Assembly: GCA_964016885.1 (NCBI GenBank)
Contig: OZ024744.1
Location: 85,684,001-85,748,000, forward strand
Reading direction: 5' to 3'
DNA length: 64,000 nucleotides
Source of the DNA: Eledone cirrhosa
Taxonomy: Eukaryota
Positions 54,330-64,000 of this stretch are shown here, one piece after another (within the stretch, counting starts at the first letter, position 1; each line of letters begins with the position of its first letter). The position numbers and the translations under genes were made by a program. Under the pieces are notes generated by a model, which did not search any database, was not told the origin of the DNA, and worked only from the letters and a program-made list of their open reading frames with translations.

Positions 54330-56192
54330 ATGGCGGAGCCACGCCCCCTAGAGACGGGTCTGCTGTCGTGCAACGGCGACTTGAGCGTTGAGAGGAGAGG
54401 TGAGGCGAGGAGCGCCACCAGCACGAATGTGAGCAGCGACAGTGCCAGCACCAACGGGCCGAGCGGCGCGGAAGGTGGTAACAGCGACAACACCAACACC
54501 AACAAGCCGAACAGCGCAGAAGGTGGTAATAGCGAGAGCACCAACAAGGCCAACAGCACAGAAGGTAACCACGACACAGGGGAGAACAACAACAGCAATA
54601 GCAGCAGCAACACCAACAAGAACAACAACAGTGACAACACCAACAAGAACACTTTCGCTGCTGTGGCAGCGGCTAAAAGGAGACCATGCTACAGCATCGA
54701 CTTAACCAACAGAGAGGAAAAGTTGGCCCAGGCCTGGAAAATCATAAATCAAGAGCAGACCTGGGCAAACTTAACTGTCCCGGCAGAAGCCATTGAGGCA
54801 GTGGAAAAAAGAACGGTGCATTTCAGATGCATCTCAGTAGAGACAAAGAGGGCAGCGATAATCGCCCAAGCTGACATAGAAGCCGCACTGAAATACATCA
54901 GAGAGGACACAGACTTCATAGAGAGGGGCAGGCAATACGGCACCGTTTCGGTGCTGTTCAAGTCTGAAGCCCTCGCTGTGAAGCATTCAATGACCCCTTG
55001 CAAAACCAGCAAGGTCATAATGTACCCCTCCCACATGGGAAAACGAATAGCACGTGTGCGCATTCCCAGGATTCCACCAGGACTTGATATGTGGTGGCTC
55101 CTGGGTTGCGTAATCGTGGAAGGAACGGATACAGTCCCGGTAGAGGCAACGAGAACTGCCAGGGACGACTGGTCCGGGGTTGATCTGGAGATACTGCTCC
55201 AAATCAGACCCGAAAACGTAAAAACAATCCCGGACCACATCCGCCTCCAAAACGGGAGGGTGTTGCATATAATGACTGAGGGCAAAAGGCCGCATTGTTT
55301 CCTTTGTGGGGAAACGACACACTTGCGAGCCTTCTGCCCTCAACTGCCGAAAAGCGCAAGGGGTCGAAAGATTCCACTGCTGGCGACGCCGGGACAAGGA
55401 CCACCAGCAACACCGTCAACAATGGAACCACCAAAATTGCACACCCAGGGGGGAAACGAGGAAAGCTCTCCCATTCCCCCTCCCCCCCAAAATACACACA
55501 CGAACAAGAACATAAACACTCACTCAGACACAAACACGCTCACAGCCACAGACCCCTCATCCTCCAGCAGTGAAGATGAGGGAAAACCAAAGTCCCCCAA
55601 AATACAAAAAACAAAACACAAAAAAAAAAGAAATCCACAAAGCACAAACACCCCCACAAAACAAAATACACACACCACCCACACAAACATTTTCCCCACA
55701 GCATCACCAACACAACCACCAAAATCCCCCAAACGCAAACAAGCTAAACAGACACAAGAACAAATAGACACACAAACATCAGAAACTACAGACACCCCAC
55801 CCACAACAAACGCAGACACAATAGAAACAACACTAACAAAGCTATCACCACCACAATCACACGAACAAATAAAACCCGAGCAACAAAACATTAAAAACTT
55901 CGTGCTTGCCAGAAGGGCCAACAAGGAATTGATGGCCCATGTAGCACGAAGCACAAACATCGAAAAAGACGGGGAAACATTTGAAGCGAGCACATTTCGC
56001 GTACCAGATAATTTGCTTCTGATGCGAATGTCGCTCGCTTCATACAAAGAAATTCGAAAGAGCTTTCCTCGGGATGTGGGAACCCCGAACGTAAAACCCA
56101 CGTCAAGACTATTAAAGGGGTTCCCAAAAGAAACCCCACAAACCATGGAGGTCGAACCACCCGACCTTCACAAGACCCCGGAAGGTAAGTAA
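54330..56192 (+). CDS. Tx1-like ORF1 nucleic-acid-binding protein (CCHC knuckle)
   Basis: 620 aa; CFLCGETTHLRAFC; N/S-rich head and P/T/K-rich tail. Confidence 0.9.
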   Translation: MAEPRPLETGLLSCNGDLSVERRGEARSATSTNVSSDSASTNGPSGAEGGNSDNTNTNKPNSAEGGNSESTNKANSTEGNHDTGENNNSNSSSNTNKNNNSDNTNKNTFAAVAAAKRRPCYSIDLTNREEKLAQAWKIINQEQTWANLTVPAEAIEAVEKRTVHFRCISVETKRAAIIAQADIEAALKYIREDTDFIERGRQYGTVSVLFKSEALAVKHSMTPCKTSKVIMYPSHMGKRIARVRIPRIPPGLDMWWLLGCVIVEGTDTVPVEATRTARDDWSGVDLEILLQIRPENVKTIPDHIRLQNGRVLHIMTEGKRPHCFLCGETTHLRAFCPQLPKSARGRKIPLLATPGQGPPATPSTMEPPKLHTQGGNEESSPIPPPPQNTHTNKNINTHSDTNTLTATDPSSSSSEDEGKPKSPKIQKTKHKKKRNPQSTNTPTKQNTHTTHTNIFPTASPTQPPKSPKRKQAKQTQEQIDTQTSETTDTPPTTNADTIETTLTKLSPPQSHEQIKPEQQNIKNFVLARRANKELMAHVARSTNIEKDGETFEASTFRVPDNLLLMRMSLASYKEIRKSFPRDVGTPNVKPTSRLLKGFPKETPQTMEVEPPDLHKTPEGK

Positions 56193-56221
56193 ACCTTTCC
56201 TCTCCCATTCATCCTGCCAGC

Positions 56222-59200
56222 ATGGCCATAAGAGTAGGAAGTTTAAATGTTCGTGGCCTGGGGTCGCCCTGGAAGCAAGGTCACTTGCTCAACGACCTCA
56301 GGTCACTAGGAATGGATGTAATTGCCATCAGCGAGACCAGAATTTCCGACACACGCGCACTGGCGCCGATTTTCGACGATTATCAGATCTTTGCATCTGT
56401 TAGTCGGCCGGGAATGGGAGGTGGAGTGGCTGTGCTGTTTAGGAAATGTCTGGATCTCGAGGTAAGGTCAATCTTCCGGGATCCTGACGGAAAGTTGGTG
56501 GTCCTGGACGTGAGCAATAGCGAAGGTGGTGCCTTTAGACTGGTGGCCGTCTACGCCCCTACTGGGGCCGGTCGGCCGGACTTCTTTAGGCGCCTGGAAA
56601 ACTTTCTGCTTACGTCTCGCCCTTTACTGTTAATAGGGGATTGGAATGGCATCTTAGAAGCACGCTGGGATTGTGTGGGAGTATCTGATAGGAGCGGGGG
56701 GTGCAAAAGCCTCAAGTACCTGATCAGCCAGTTTCAACTGTCTGACAGGTACCGACTAGATTTCCCTAATGCGCCAGTATGGACCTGGACCAATCGCATA
56801 GGGTCATCTAGATCGTACATAGATAGGATTTTCATTAGGAAAAGAGATAGAAATAGTGTAGGATGTCCACATTTTAAAACGGTTGCCTATTCAGATCACA
56901 AGCTTGTGATCTGTATGGTCGACCTAGATAAGACACGTAGGTTAGGACCTAGCTACTGGAAGCTAAACATGTCGTTTCCGGCACGTAAAGCTTACAGGGA
57001 CCGGGTCAACAACTTAGTTAAGCAAAAGTTGACAGGGGGGGTTGTCAACAACAGGTGGTGGGGGGCACTCAAAAGAGAGATTAGAGCAACCTCGATAGGA
57101 TTTAGCAAAGAAGTAGCAATAGAGAAAAATAGAAAGGAGGAGGGGCTGATAGCTAAGTTAGACGAGGCTATTTGTAGTGGCATTGCAACAGACGTGCTAG
57201 CGGCGAGAATGGCACTAGACCATTTCTTCAATGCGAAACACGAAGGTTGCATTGTCAGAGCTAAGGCGCGTGCTCTGAGGAACGAGGGAACCAAAGCTGC
57301 CCGATGGGCTCGCTTTGCAGAGACGCAGCGTGGAAATAAAACCACAATTCGGTCTTTGACGGATCGAGATGGACACGAACTGAGCGATTCCAAGCGGATG
57401 TGTGAGGCCTTTCGCCAGCACTTTGCTCGATTGTTCGGGAGGATGGGTGAGTCGGAGACGGCGGCGGACTTCAGTCCCTACCTCGACGGCTTGCCACGCC
57501 TCTCGACGGCCGACGCTGAGCGCTGCGAAGAGCCGATAACATCAGCCGAAATTCAGGACGCCCTTGTCGGCTGCTCGAGTCGCAAGTCACCCGGTTTGGA
57601 TGGTCTGCCCTACGAGCTTTACGTAAATATGCCAGACTTGTTCTCCGATCTCCTCGAAGCGCTCTACTGCAACTGGCAGCAGAACGGGAGCATTCCCAGT
57701 TCTGTGAGCCGTGGCGTAGTGACGCTGATAAGGAAAGACGAGAACAAGAGGGACACACTAGATAATTTCAGGCCCATAACCCTGCTCAACACAGAGTTTA
57801 AGATTTTGGCCAAGGTGTTAGCGAAAAGGTTGGCGCTTGTCGTCAAAGATTTGGTTGGGGAGGCGCAAACTTGCGCAATCCCGACCAGGTCCATACACGA
57901 CAACCTCCACCTCATGCGATACATCATAGAGAGGGTTGGGTGCAAACCTGGCTTCGGTGGGGCTCTGATCAATTTAGATCAATCGAAAGCATTCGATAGG
58001 GTCGACCATCGGTACTTGGAGGCTGTCCTCGAGGCGGCTGGCTTCGGCCCCGTCTTCAGAAGCTGGATCGCTGCAATGTACAGCGGCATCCGCTCGGTGG
58101 TCAAAGTTAATGGCCACCTCTCGGAACCGTTTCAGATCTCTCGATCGGTCCGTCAAGGGTGCCCTCTCTCCTCACTTCTGTACGTATTGACTCTTGAGCC
58201 TCTACTGCGGAAGCTGGAGTTGTTGCAGGGCATCCCGCTCGAACCGGGACGTAGAAAGGCTGCGTCCGCTTATGCGGACGACATCACCGTGATGGTGTCG
58301 GACACCTCGGAAATCGAGGTGATCCGCACCCATTTGGAGGAATATGAAAGGTTGACGGGAGCAAAACTTAACCCGGAAAAGTCGGTGGGCTTGCAGCTCG
58401 GCACCTGGAGAGGCAAGTCCATGCCGTCCAACAGCGTCGTTGGGCGCTGGACAGACGGACCGGTAAAGTTGCTCGGGGTTTGGTTCGGACCAGACCTCCA
58501 GGTGGATAAGAATTGGGACGAGGTGACGAGCAGGATAGCCAACCTCACCCAGAAATGGGCTGAGAGAAAGCTATCACTGAAAGGGCGGGCGGAGGTGGCG
58601 AACGCGTACATCGCGTCCGTCATCTACTACCGCCTGACCGTCGTGCCTTGCCCCCGTCCACGCCTCGCCAATTTGGAACGGCTCCTTTTCAAATTTTTGT
58701 GGAGGGGACGGGTCCCGTTGCTGAGGCGGTCCATCTGCTGCCAGCACCCTCTTCGTGGAGGGCTGGGCATGCCGTGGCTAATGATGCGCAGACATGCGCT
58801 GAGGCTGCGACATCTCCAGATATTTTGCCTAAACGGTGAACAGGTGTGGTCGCCGTTTGTTAGACGGGCCTTTCCGCAGCTCATCTCTTTGACTGAGCTG
58901 CAGTCCTGGGTCAAGAAGAGACCGAGACTGGGCGACTGGCATCTGGAATGTTGCCAGGCGCTCACTGCACTCTGCAAGGTGGGCAATGCGGTCAGTGGAA
59001 CTTCCACTCAAGATTTCTATAGAGGATTAGTGGAGGGCAAGTGCGATGACGTACTAGGAGAGGCTCTGGGCGTCAACGAAGTAGAACTGACCAGTATGTT
59101 CCGGAGGACTTTCGAGCCGGGGACGATGGATAACTTCCAGAAATCCCTCGCTTGGCAGTGCTACCGGGGGGCGCTGCCGGTTCGGGATAAACTCTACAGG

Positions 59201-59641
59201 CACGGAAGTGCTGTCAGACGAACCTGCCCGAGATGCGCGCAGAGCGACGAAACCGTTCTGCACGCACTCGTCCAGTGTCCGTGCATTGCTGACTTGTGGG
59301 GTTATGTCGAACAGCTATTGTCGCGTGTAGAACGGATCCGGCTATCGTCCGAGTCCATAGTGAAGATTGACCCGCCGCCTTCTTTTGGTCAGGAAGGGCA
59401 GGCAATTTTCCTCTGCCTGGTGGCAGTAGCGAAAGAGGTTGCATGGTGGACCAGGTTGAAAGGACTGAAGACAGACACTTTTCTCTTCGGCCAATCCCTC
59501 ATCAACTTCTTCAAGTTTCACTTGGAAAGGAAGGTGAGGGTGGAGAGAGAAGTGCTGCCCCCCAGTACATTTACTGAAAGGTGGGTGAATGTGGCGAGAA
59601 TGGCCCGCGTGAGTGGGCCTACTCTGATCATGCGCCTGTAG
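56222..59641 (+). CDS. Tx1-like ORF2: AP endonuclease, reverse transcriptase, C-terminal CCHC
   Basis: 1139 aa; SLNVRGL, ISET, GDWN, IDRIF, SDHK, FRPITLLN, KAFDRVDH, RQGCPLS, YADD, CPRC..ETVLHALVQC. Confidence 0.96.
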   Translation: MAIRVGSLNVRGLGSPWKQGHLLNDLRSLGMDVIAISETRISDTRALAPIFDDYQIFASVSRPGMGGGVAVLFRKCLDLEVRSIFRDPDGKLVVLDVSNSEGGAFRLVAVYAPTGAGRPDFFRRLENFLLTSRPLLLIGDWNGILEARWDCVGVSDRSGGCKSLKYLISQFQLSDRYRLDFPNAPVWTWTNRIGSSRSYIDRIFIRKRDRNSVGCPHFKTVAYSDHKLVICMVDLDKTRRLGPSYWKLNMSFPARKAYRDRVNNLVKQKLTGGVVNNRWWGALKREIRATSIGFSKEVAIEKNRKEEGLIAKLDEAICSGIATDVLAARMALDHFFNAKHEGCIVRAKARALRNEGTKAARWARFAETQRGNKTTIRSLTDRDGHELSDSKRMCEAFRQHFARLFGRMGESETAADFSPYLDGLPRLSTADAERCEEPITSAEIQDALVGCSSRKSPGLDGLPYELYVNMPDLFSDLLEALYCNWQQNGSIPSSVSRGVVTLIRKDENKRDTLDNFRPITLLNTEFKILAKVLAKRLALVVKDLVGEAQTCAIPTRSIHDNLHLMRYIIERVGCKPGFGGALINLDQSKAFDRVDHRYLEAVLEAAGFGPVFRSWIAAMYSGIRSVVKVNGHLSEPFQISRSVRQGCPLSSLLYVLTLEPLLRKLELLQGIPLEPGRRKAASAYADDITVMVSDTSEIEVIRTHLEEYERLTGAKLNPEKSVGLQLGTWRGKSMPSNSVVGRWTDGPVKLLGVWFGPDLQVDKNWDEVTSRIANLTQKWAERKLSLKGRAEVANAYIASVIYYRLTVVPCPRPRLANLERLLFKFLWRGRVPLLRRSICCQHPLRGGLGMPWLMMRRHALRLRHLQIFCLNGEQVWSPFVRRAFPQLISLTELQSWVKKRPRLGDWHLECCQALTALCKVGNAVSGTSTQDFYRGLVEGKCDDVLGEALGVNEVELTSMFRRTFEPGTMDNFQKSLAWQCYRGALPVRDKLYRHGSAVRRTCPRCAQSDETVLHALVQCPCIADLWGYVEQLLSRVERIRLSSESIVKIDPPPSFGQEGQAIFLCLVAVAKEVAWWTRLKGLKTDTFLFGQSLINFFKFHLERKVRVEREVLPPSTFTERWVNVARMARVSGPTLIMRL

Positions 59642-59892
59642 GCTGGTGAATTCGAGAAGGAGAGGGGTGCCCTTCCCGGGTGCCCTAGGAGCGTCGGGTG
59701 GCTCAGGACTGGTGGGGTGCTTGAGTCAACCCTGGGTGGTGATCCCTCTTATTGGGGAACTTTCATTGTTGTATTTTTATTGTTATTTTGTCTTTTTGTT
59801 ATTTATACTTACTCGATCTCTATGTAAACCCCCACTGTCCCTGTCTATTGTGTTGTCCCCTATATGTCGGCCCTTGTGGCCAATAAATGAAA

Positions 59893-59927
<35 letters not shown>

Positions 59928-62900
59928 GAATGCTATGGTTGACGGAGGCTCGGCTCTGTAAGGTATTGTACATTTTGACCGCTATAACAATTGTAAATTA
60001 TTTAAAACTTTAACCAAATTGTAGACAAAAACACCCTCCTCCTCGTGAGAGGGGTCTTTCTGCCCCTTATTTGGCCCTTCGGGGTTAAATGACCGCTTAT
60101 TGGGGTTTTGTGCCCAATATTTATTTTAAACAAAAAAAAAACATGGCTACGAAAAAGAATTTTCATAGGTCACTCACACTCATTCCGTCTTCTTCTTCCT
60201 CAATCGTCACTACAGCAGAGAGAAGATTGTCTCTCTCCCTCCCTTCTCTAAATGTGTCTCTCTCCCCCCTTCTCTTTCGCAAGCGACGCCAGAAAAGAAA
60301 AATCACGTGCAAAGCTTGCAAGATTTCTCCACGACGACGACGACAACGACGAAAAAGGTGTGCGGGAAATACGAAAACCCATTTAATTCGTCTGACGTCA
60401 GGAATAATAGCAGTAGCAGCCGTAATAACAGCAGCAGCAGCAACAGTGACAAGGAAAACAACAGTAGCAGCCGCAACAGCATCAGCAGCATAAACAACAA
60501 CAGCATTAGCAGCAACAACAACAGCAGCAGCAGCAACAACAACAACAACAACCACAGCAACAGCGGCGGCGGCAGTAGTCGTAGTACCTGCAGCAACAAC
60601 AAAAGTAACAGCAGCTCTGACGACGACAACAACAACAACAACAGCAGAAAAGAAAAACCAATCTCGTTTGCAGCTATCGCAAAGAACCTGGAAACCATCC
60701 TCATAACAAATGACGAATTAGAGGAAGCGAAGAAGATGGTGACGAAAACCGGACACCGAGCAATCTGCAAGGCAGCCGAAAATTTTTTCGAAACCCAACA
60801 GCACTGTACGGTCACGTACCGTACAGTAAGCACAAAATCCCGTAAGGTTGAAAGAGCCACAGAGGCTCAAATACAAAAAGCCTTAGGGTCTGTGTGGCAG
60901 CGGAAAACGCACATCACCTGAGGCAAGAAATATGCCACCGTAGACGTGCTTTTTGCCACACCCCAGGAGGCAAAGGCTCAATCCTTAGTGACCCTAAGGA
61001 GCGAGGAAATAGTGTTGGTGCCCTCCTACTGCGGACAAAAAATTGTGAGGGTCAAACTGACCCACGTAGCCTCTTGGCTGGCCGCGTCTGTTCTCGTCGG
61101 AATCGAGGACAAAACAACTGTACTGCAAGTACAGAAAAAAGTAAGAGAAGATTGGGTCGGCACCTCCATTGAGATGTTAATCCAAATCAACCAGGAGTGC
61201 ATCGAAGCTGTCCCGGATGTGATAGACTTCGATAACGGCACTCAACTGCCCATAAGTGTTGAGGGCTAACGCCCGAAATTCTTACTCACCTCAGGGCCTT
61301 CTGCAACGAGAAGACCCTGAGAAAGGAGAAAACCCCCCTCCTTCCGAAACCGGCTCCACGGCTATCAGCAACAGGACAAGCGGCATCCAGGAACGATAGG
61401 TCCGTGGCACCCATACCCACGCCACGGAAATCAAAAACAGCAGCAGCAGTGGAAGTATTAACAACAACAACAGTAATACCAAATGCAGCTGCAACAGAAA
61501 CTCCAGTGCAAACATCACCAACAACAACAAGTGAAAGAGTGGAGCTGGTACCCCCCCCCCCCCCCGACCTCACAGAATCAGACATGGAGTGTGAGGTGGG
61601 AGAGGGATGGCAAAAGGTCGTAAGAAGGCACAAACGCAGAAGCAGCGCATCGTCGCCTTCGAAAAGGGGGGAAAGAAATGAAAAAAAGGGTAAAAGCTAC
61701 TGCAAAGAGACTCACAGCAGCAAAACCACCAACACCATCACCACCCACACTAGCACCACCATCACCACCTGGCGACAACCCCACCGCCAACGACAACAAC
61801 ATCTTCAAAACCACCACCACAAACACCAGATTTTGGCCAAGGTGCTAGCAAAGAGGTTGGCGCTTGTCGTTGGTGGTCTGGTGGGAGAGGCACAGACATG
61901 CGCCATTCCCGACAGATCCATCCACGACAACCTCCACCTCATGCGATACATCGTAGAGAGGGTAGCTAGGGAACCTGGCACGGGTGGGTCTTTGATCAAT
62001 TTAGATCAGTCGAAAGCCTTCGATAGGGTCGACCATCGTTACCTAACGGCAGTCCTGAGGGCGGCTGGCTTTGGGCCCGTCTTCAGAGGCTGGATCGCTG
62101 CCATGCACAGCGACATCTGCTCTGTAGTGAGAGTGAACGGTCACCTGTCGGAACCGTTCAACATCATGCGCTCGGTCCGCCAAGGATGTCCCCTCTCGTC
62201 CCTATTGTACGTATTGACTCTCGAGCCATTACTGCACAAACTGGAGACGTTGAGGGGGGTCCCGCGCGAACTAGGATGCGGAAGATCCGTGTCAGCATAT
62301 GCCGACGATGTCACCGTAGTGGTGTCGAACGCCAAACACATCGAGGCGATCGGCACTACACTAAGAGAATACGAAGCTGTGACAGGAGCAATGATCAACC
62401 AGGAAAAGTCAGTGGGCCTGCAGCTCGGCACCTGGAGAGGCAGGTCCATGCCGTCCAACAGCGTCGTCGGGCGCTGGACGGACGGACCGGTTAAATTGCT
62501 AGGGGTCTGGTTCGGTCCAGACCTCCAGACGGACAAAAACTGGGACGAGGTGACGAGCAGGGTGGCTTCTCTCACCCAGAAATGGGCCGAGAGGAAGCTA
62601 TCCCTGAAAGGTCGAGCGGAGGTGGCGAATGCGTACATCGCATCCGTCATCTACTACCGCCTGACCGTCGTAACTTGTCCTAAGCCCCGCCTGACTGCGC
62701 TGGAGCGTTTGCTCTTTCGCTTCTTGTGGAAGGGACGCGCTCCGATGGTCAGGCGGTCCATCTGCTGTCAACACCCGCTACGTGGAGGGCTGGGCATGCC
62801 GTGGCTGATGATGCGCAGACACGCGCTCAGGCTACGACATCTCCACCTCTTCCTCGACGGTGATCAGGTGTGGTCGCCGTTTGCAAGACACGTTTTTCCC

Positions 62901-63908
62901 CAGCTCGTCTCCTTGACGGAGCTGCAGTCCTGGGTCAAGCGAAGACCGAGAGGGAGCGCTTGGAGACTGGAATGTCTTCAGGCGCTCACAGTCCTCGACC
63001 AATCGGGCAATGTGATCGGTGGAAACTCCACCTTGGCGTTCTATAGGGGATTAGTGGAGGGGAAGAGCGACGACGTACTTGGAGAAACTCTAGGCGTCGA
63101 CGAAAATCAACTAGCCAATCTCTTCGGAAGGACTTTCGGGCCGGGGCCTATGGACAACTTCCAGAAATCCCTGGCCTGGCAGTGCTACCGAGGAGCTTTG
63201 CCAGTTCGGGATAAACTCTACAGGCATGGAGGTGCCGTCAGCCGGGCATGTCCGAGATGCGCGCAGGGCGACGAAACCGTCCTACACGCACTCGTCCAGT
63301 GTCCGAGCATTGCTGACTTGTGGGTTTATGTCGAACACCTGCTGTCACGTGTAGGACGGATCCAGCTATCAGCTGAGTCCATCGTGAGGATTGCCCCGCC
63401 CCCTTCCTTTAGCCTGGAAGGGCAGGCAGTTTTTATCTGTCTGGTGGCCATGGCGAAAGAGATAGTATGGTGGACACGTTTGAAAGGGCTGAAGACGAGC
63501 ACTTACCTCTTCGGTGATGCCCTGATTAACTTTTTCAAATTTCATTTGAAAAGGAAAATCAGGGTAGAGAGGGAAGTGCTCTCTTCCCAGCATTTTGTTG
63601 AAAGATGGGTGAGAGAAGCAAGTATGGCCCGAATGAATGGGCCTTCTCTGAGTATGTGTCTGTAAATTAAAGGTGGAAAACTGGGAGAGGGCACTTGCCC
63701 TGGTGGTCAGGGCCACTGTGGTCTTTTAATGGGCTTTCTCCTCAAATGTCCCTTGGAAGTCTCCCCCCTATTGGGGAATTTTTCTTTGTTATTTTATTTC
63801 AACCTCTGTTTTTTTTACACGCAGAAATGCCCATTTGTACCGTCCTGTATTGTCCTGTACTGTCCTTAATGTCTACTTTATGTGAACCCTTGTGGTTAAT
63901 AAAGAAAA

Positions 63909-63909
<1 letters not shown>
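59928..63909 (+). mobile_element. Chimeric Tx1-like element: family D 5'UTR and ORF1 fused to family A RT and 3' end, lacking APE
   Basis: ORF1 pieces 60143-61828 with stops; junction at about 61829 into ILAKVLAKRL; the 3' 2 kb is near-identical to 304-2357. Confidence 0.85.
61404..63665 (+). CDS. Fusion ORF: ORF1 tail sequence plus RT (YADD) and CCHC, no endonuclease
   Basis: 753-aa open frame; low-complexity first ~140 aa, then RT motifs. Confidence 0.7.
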   Translation: MAPIPTPRKSKTAAAVEVLTTTTVIPNAAATETPVQTSPTTTSERVELVPPPPPDLTESDMECEVGEGWQKVVRRHKRRSSASSPSKRGERNEKKGKSYCKETHSSKTTNTITTHTSTTITTWRQPHRQRQQHLQNHHHKHQILAKVLAKRLALVVGGLVGEAQTCAIPDRSIHDNLHLMRYIVERVAREPGTGGSLINLDQSKAFDRVDHRYLTAVLRAAGFGPVFRGWIAAMHSDICSVVRVNGHLSEPFNIMRSVRQGCPLSSLLYVLTLEPLLHKLETLRGVPRELGCGRSVSAYADDVTVVVSNAKHIEAIGTTLREYEAVTGAMINQEKSVGLQLGTWRGRSMPSNSVVGRWTDGPVKLLGVWFGPDLQTDKNWDEVTSRVASLTQKWAERKLSLKGRAEVANAYIASVIYYRLTVVTCPKPRLTALERLLFRFLWKGRAPMVRRSICCQHPLRGGLGMPWLMMRRHALRLRHLHLFLDGDQVWSPFARHVFPQLVSLTELQSWVKRRPRGSAWRLECLQALTVLDQSGNVIGGNSTLAFYRGLVEGKSDDVLGETLGVDENQLANLFGRTFGPGPMDNFQKSLAWQCYRGALPVRDKLYRHGGAVSRACPRCAQGDETVLHALVQCPSIADLWVYVEHLLSRVGRIQLSAESIVRIAPPPSFSLEGQAVFICLVAMAKEIVWWTRLKGLKTSTYLFGDALINFFKFHLKRKIRVEREVLSSQHFVERWVREASMARMNGPSLSMCL

Positions 63910-63939
<30 letters not shown>

Positions 63940-64000
63940 GAATGCCATGGTTGACGGAGGCTCGGCTCTGTAAGGTATCGTAATTTTTAACCGTTAAAAC
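63940..64000 (+). mobile_element. 5' end of the next family D Tx1-like element
   Basis: GAATGCYATGGTTGACGGAGGCTCGGCTCTGTAAGGTAT matches 59928; preceded by (ATT)n at 63910-63939. Confidence 0.9.

Larger units (their letters stand above)
54119..59894 (+). mobile_element. Intact full-length Tx1/L1-clade LINE (family C) flanked by (ATT)n
   Basis: Two uninterrupted ORFs, AATAAA at 59882, (ATT)n at 54095-54118 and 59895-59927. Confidence 0.95.

Overview
Repeat-saturated eukaryotic (metazoan) genomic window with no recognisable host gene. The SINE families resemble ones I recall from octopod cephalopods (inference, not searched). It has three zones. (1) Positions 1-14.5 kb and (3) 49.7-64 kb are nests of non-LTR retrotransposons joined by (TAA)n/(ATT)n spacers: R4/Dong-clade (RT-REL) elements and Tx1/L1-clade (ORF1 + APE-RT) elements lie in opposite orientations, with one fully intact Tx1-like element (54119-59894), two chimeric copies and an inserted Helitron. 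(2) The AT-rich centre holds microsatellites, tRNA-derived SINEs, a second Helitron, an R4-clade family sitting in (CATA)n, and five Penelope-like element (PLE) remnants. It also holds about 15 type I hammerhead ribozyme motifs at about 12 loci, many in short fold-back units flanked by (TA)n. The most notable item is a non-coding, circularly permuted ~422-nt repeat carrying a complete hammerhead, inserted at two loci (22823-23830, 41390-41950) with the same termini and a 14-bp target-site duplication at the first. It is a candidate circular-RNA retrozyme mobilised by PLE machinery. All folds and alignments were done by eye, so boundaries are approximate.
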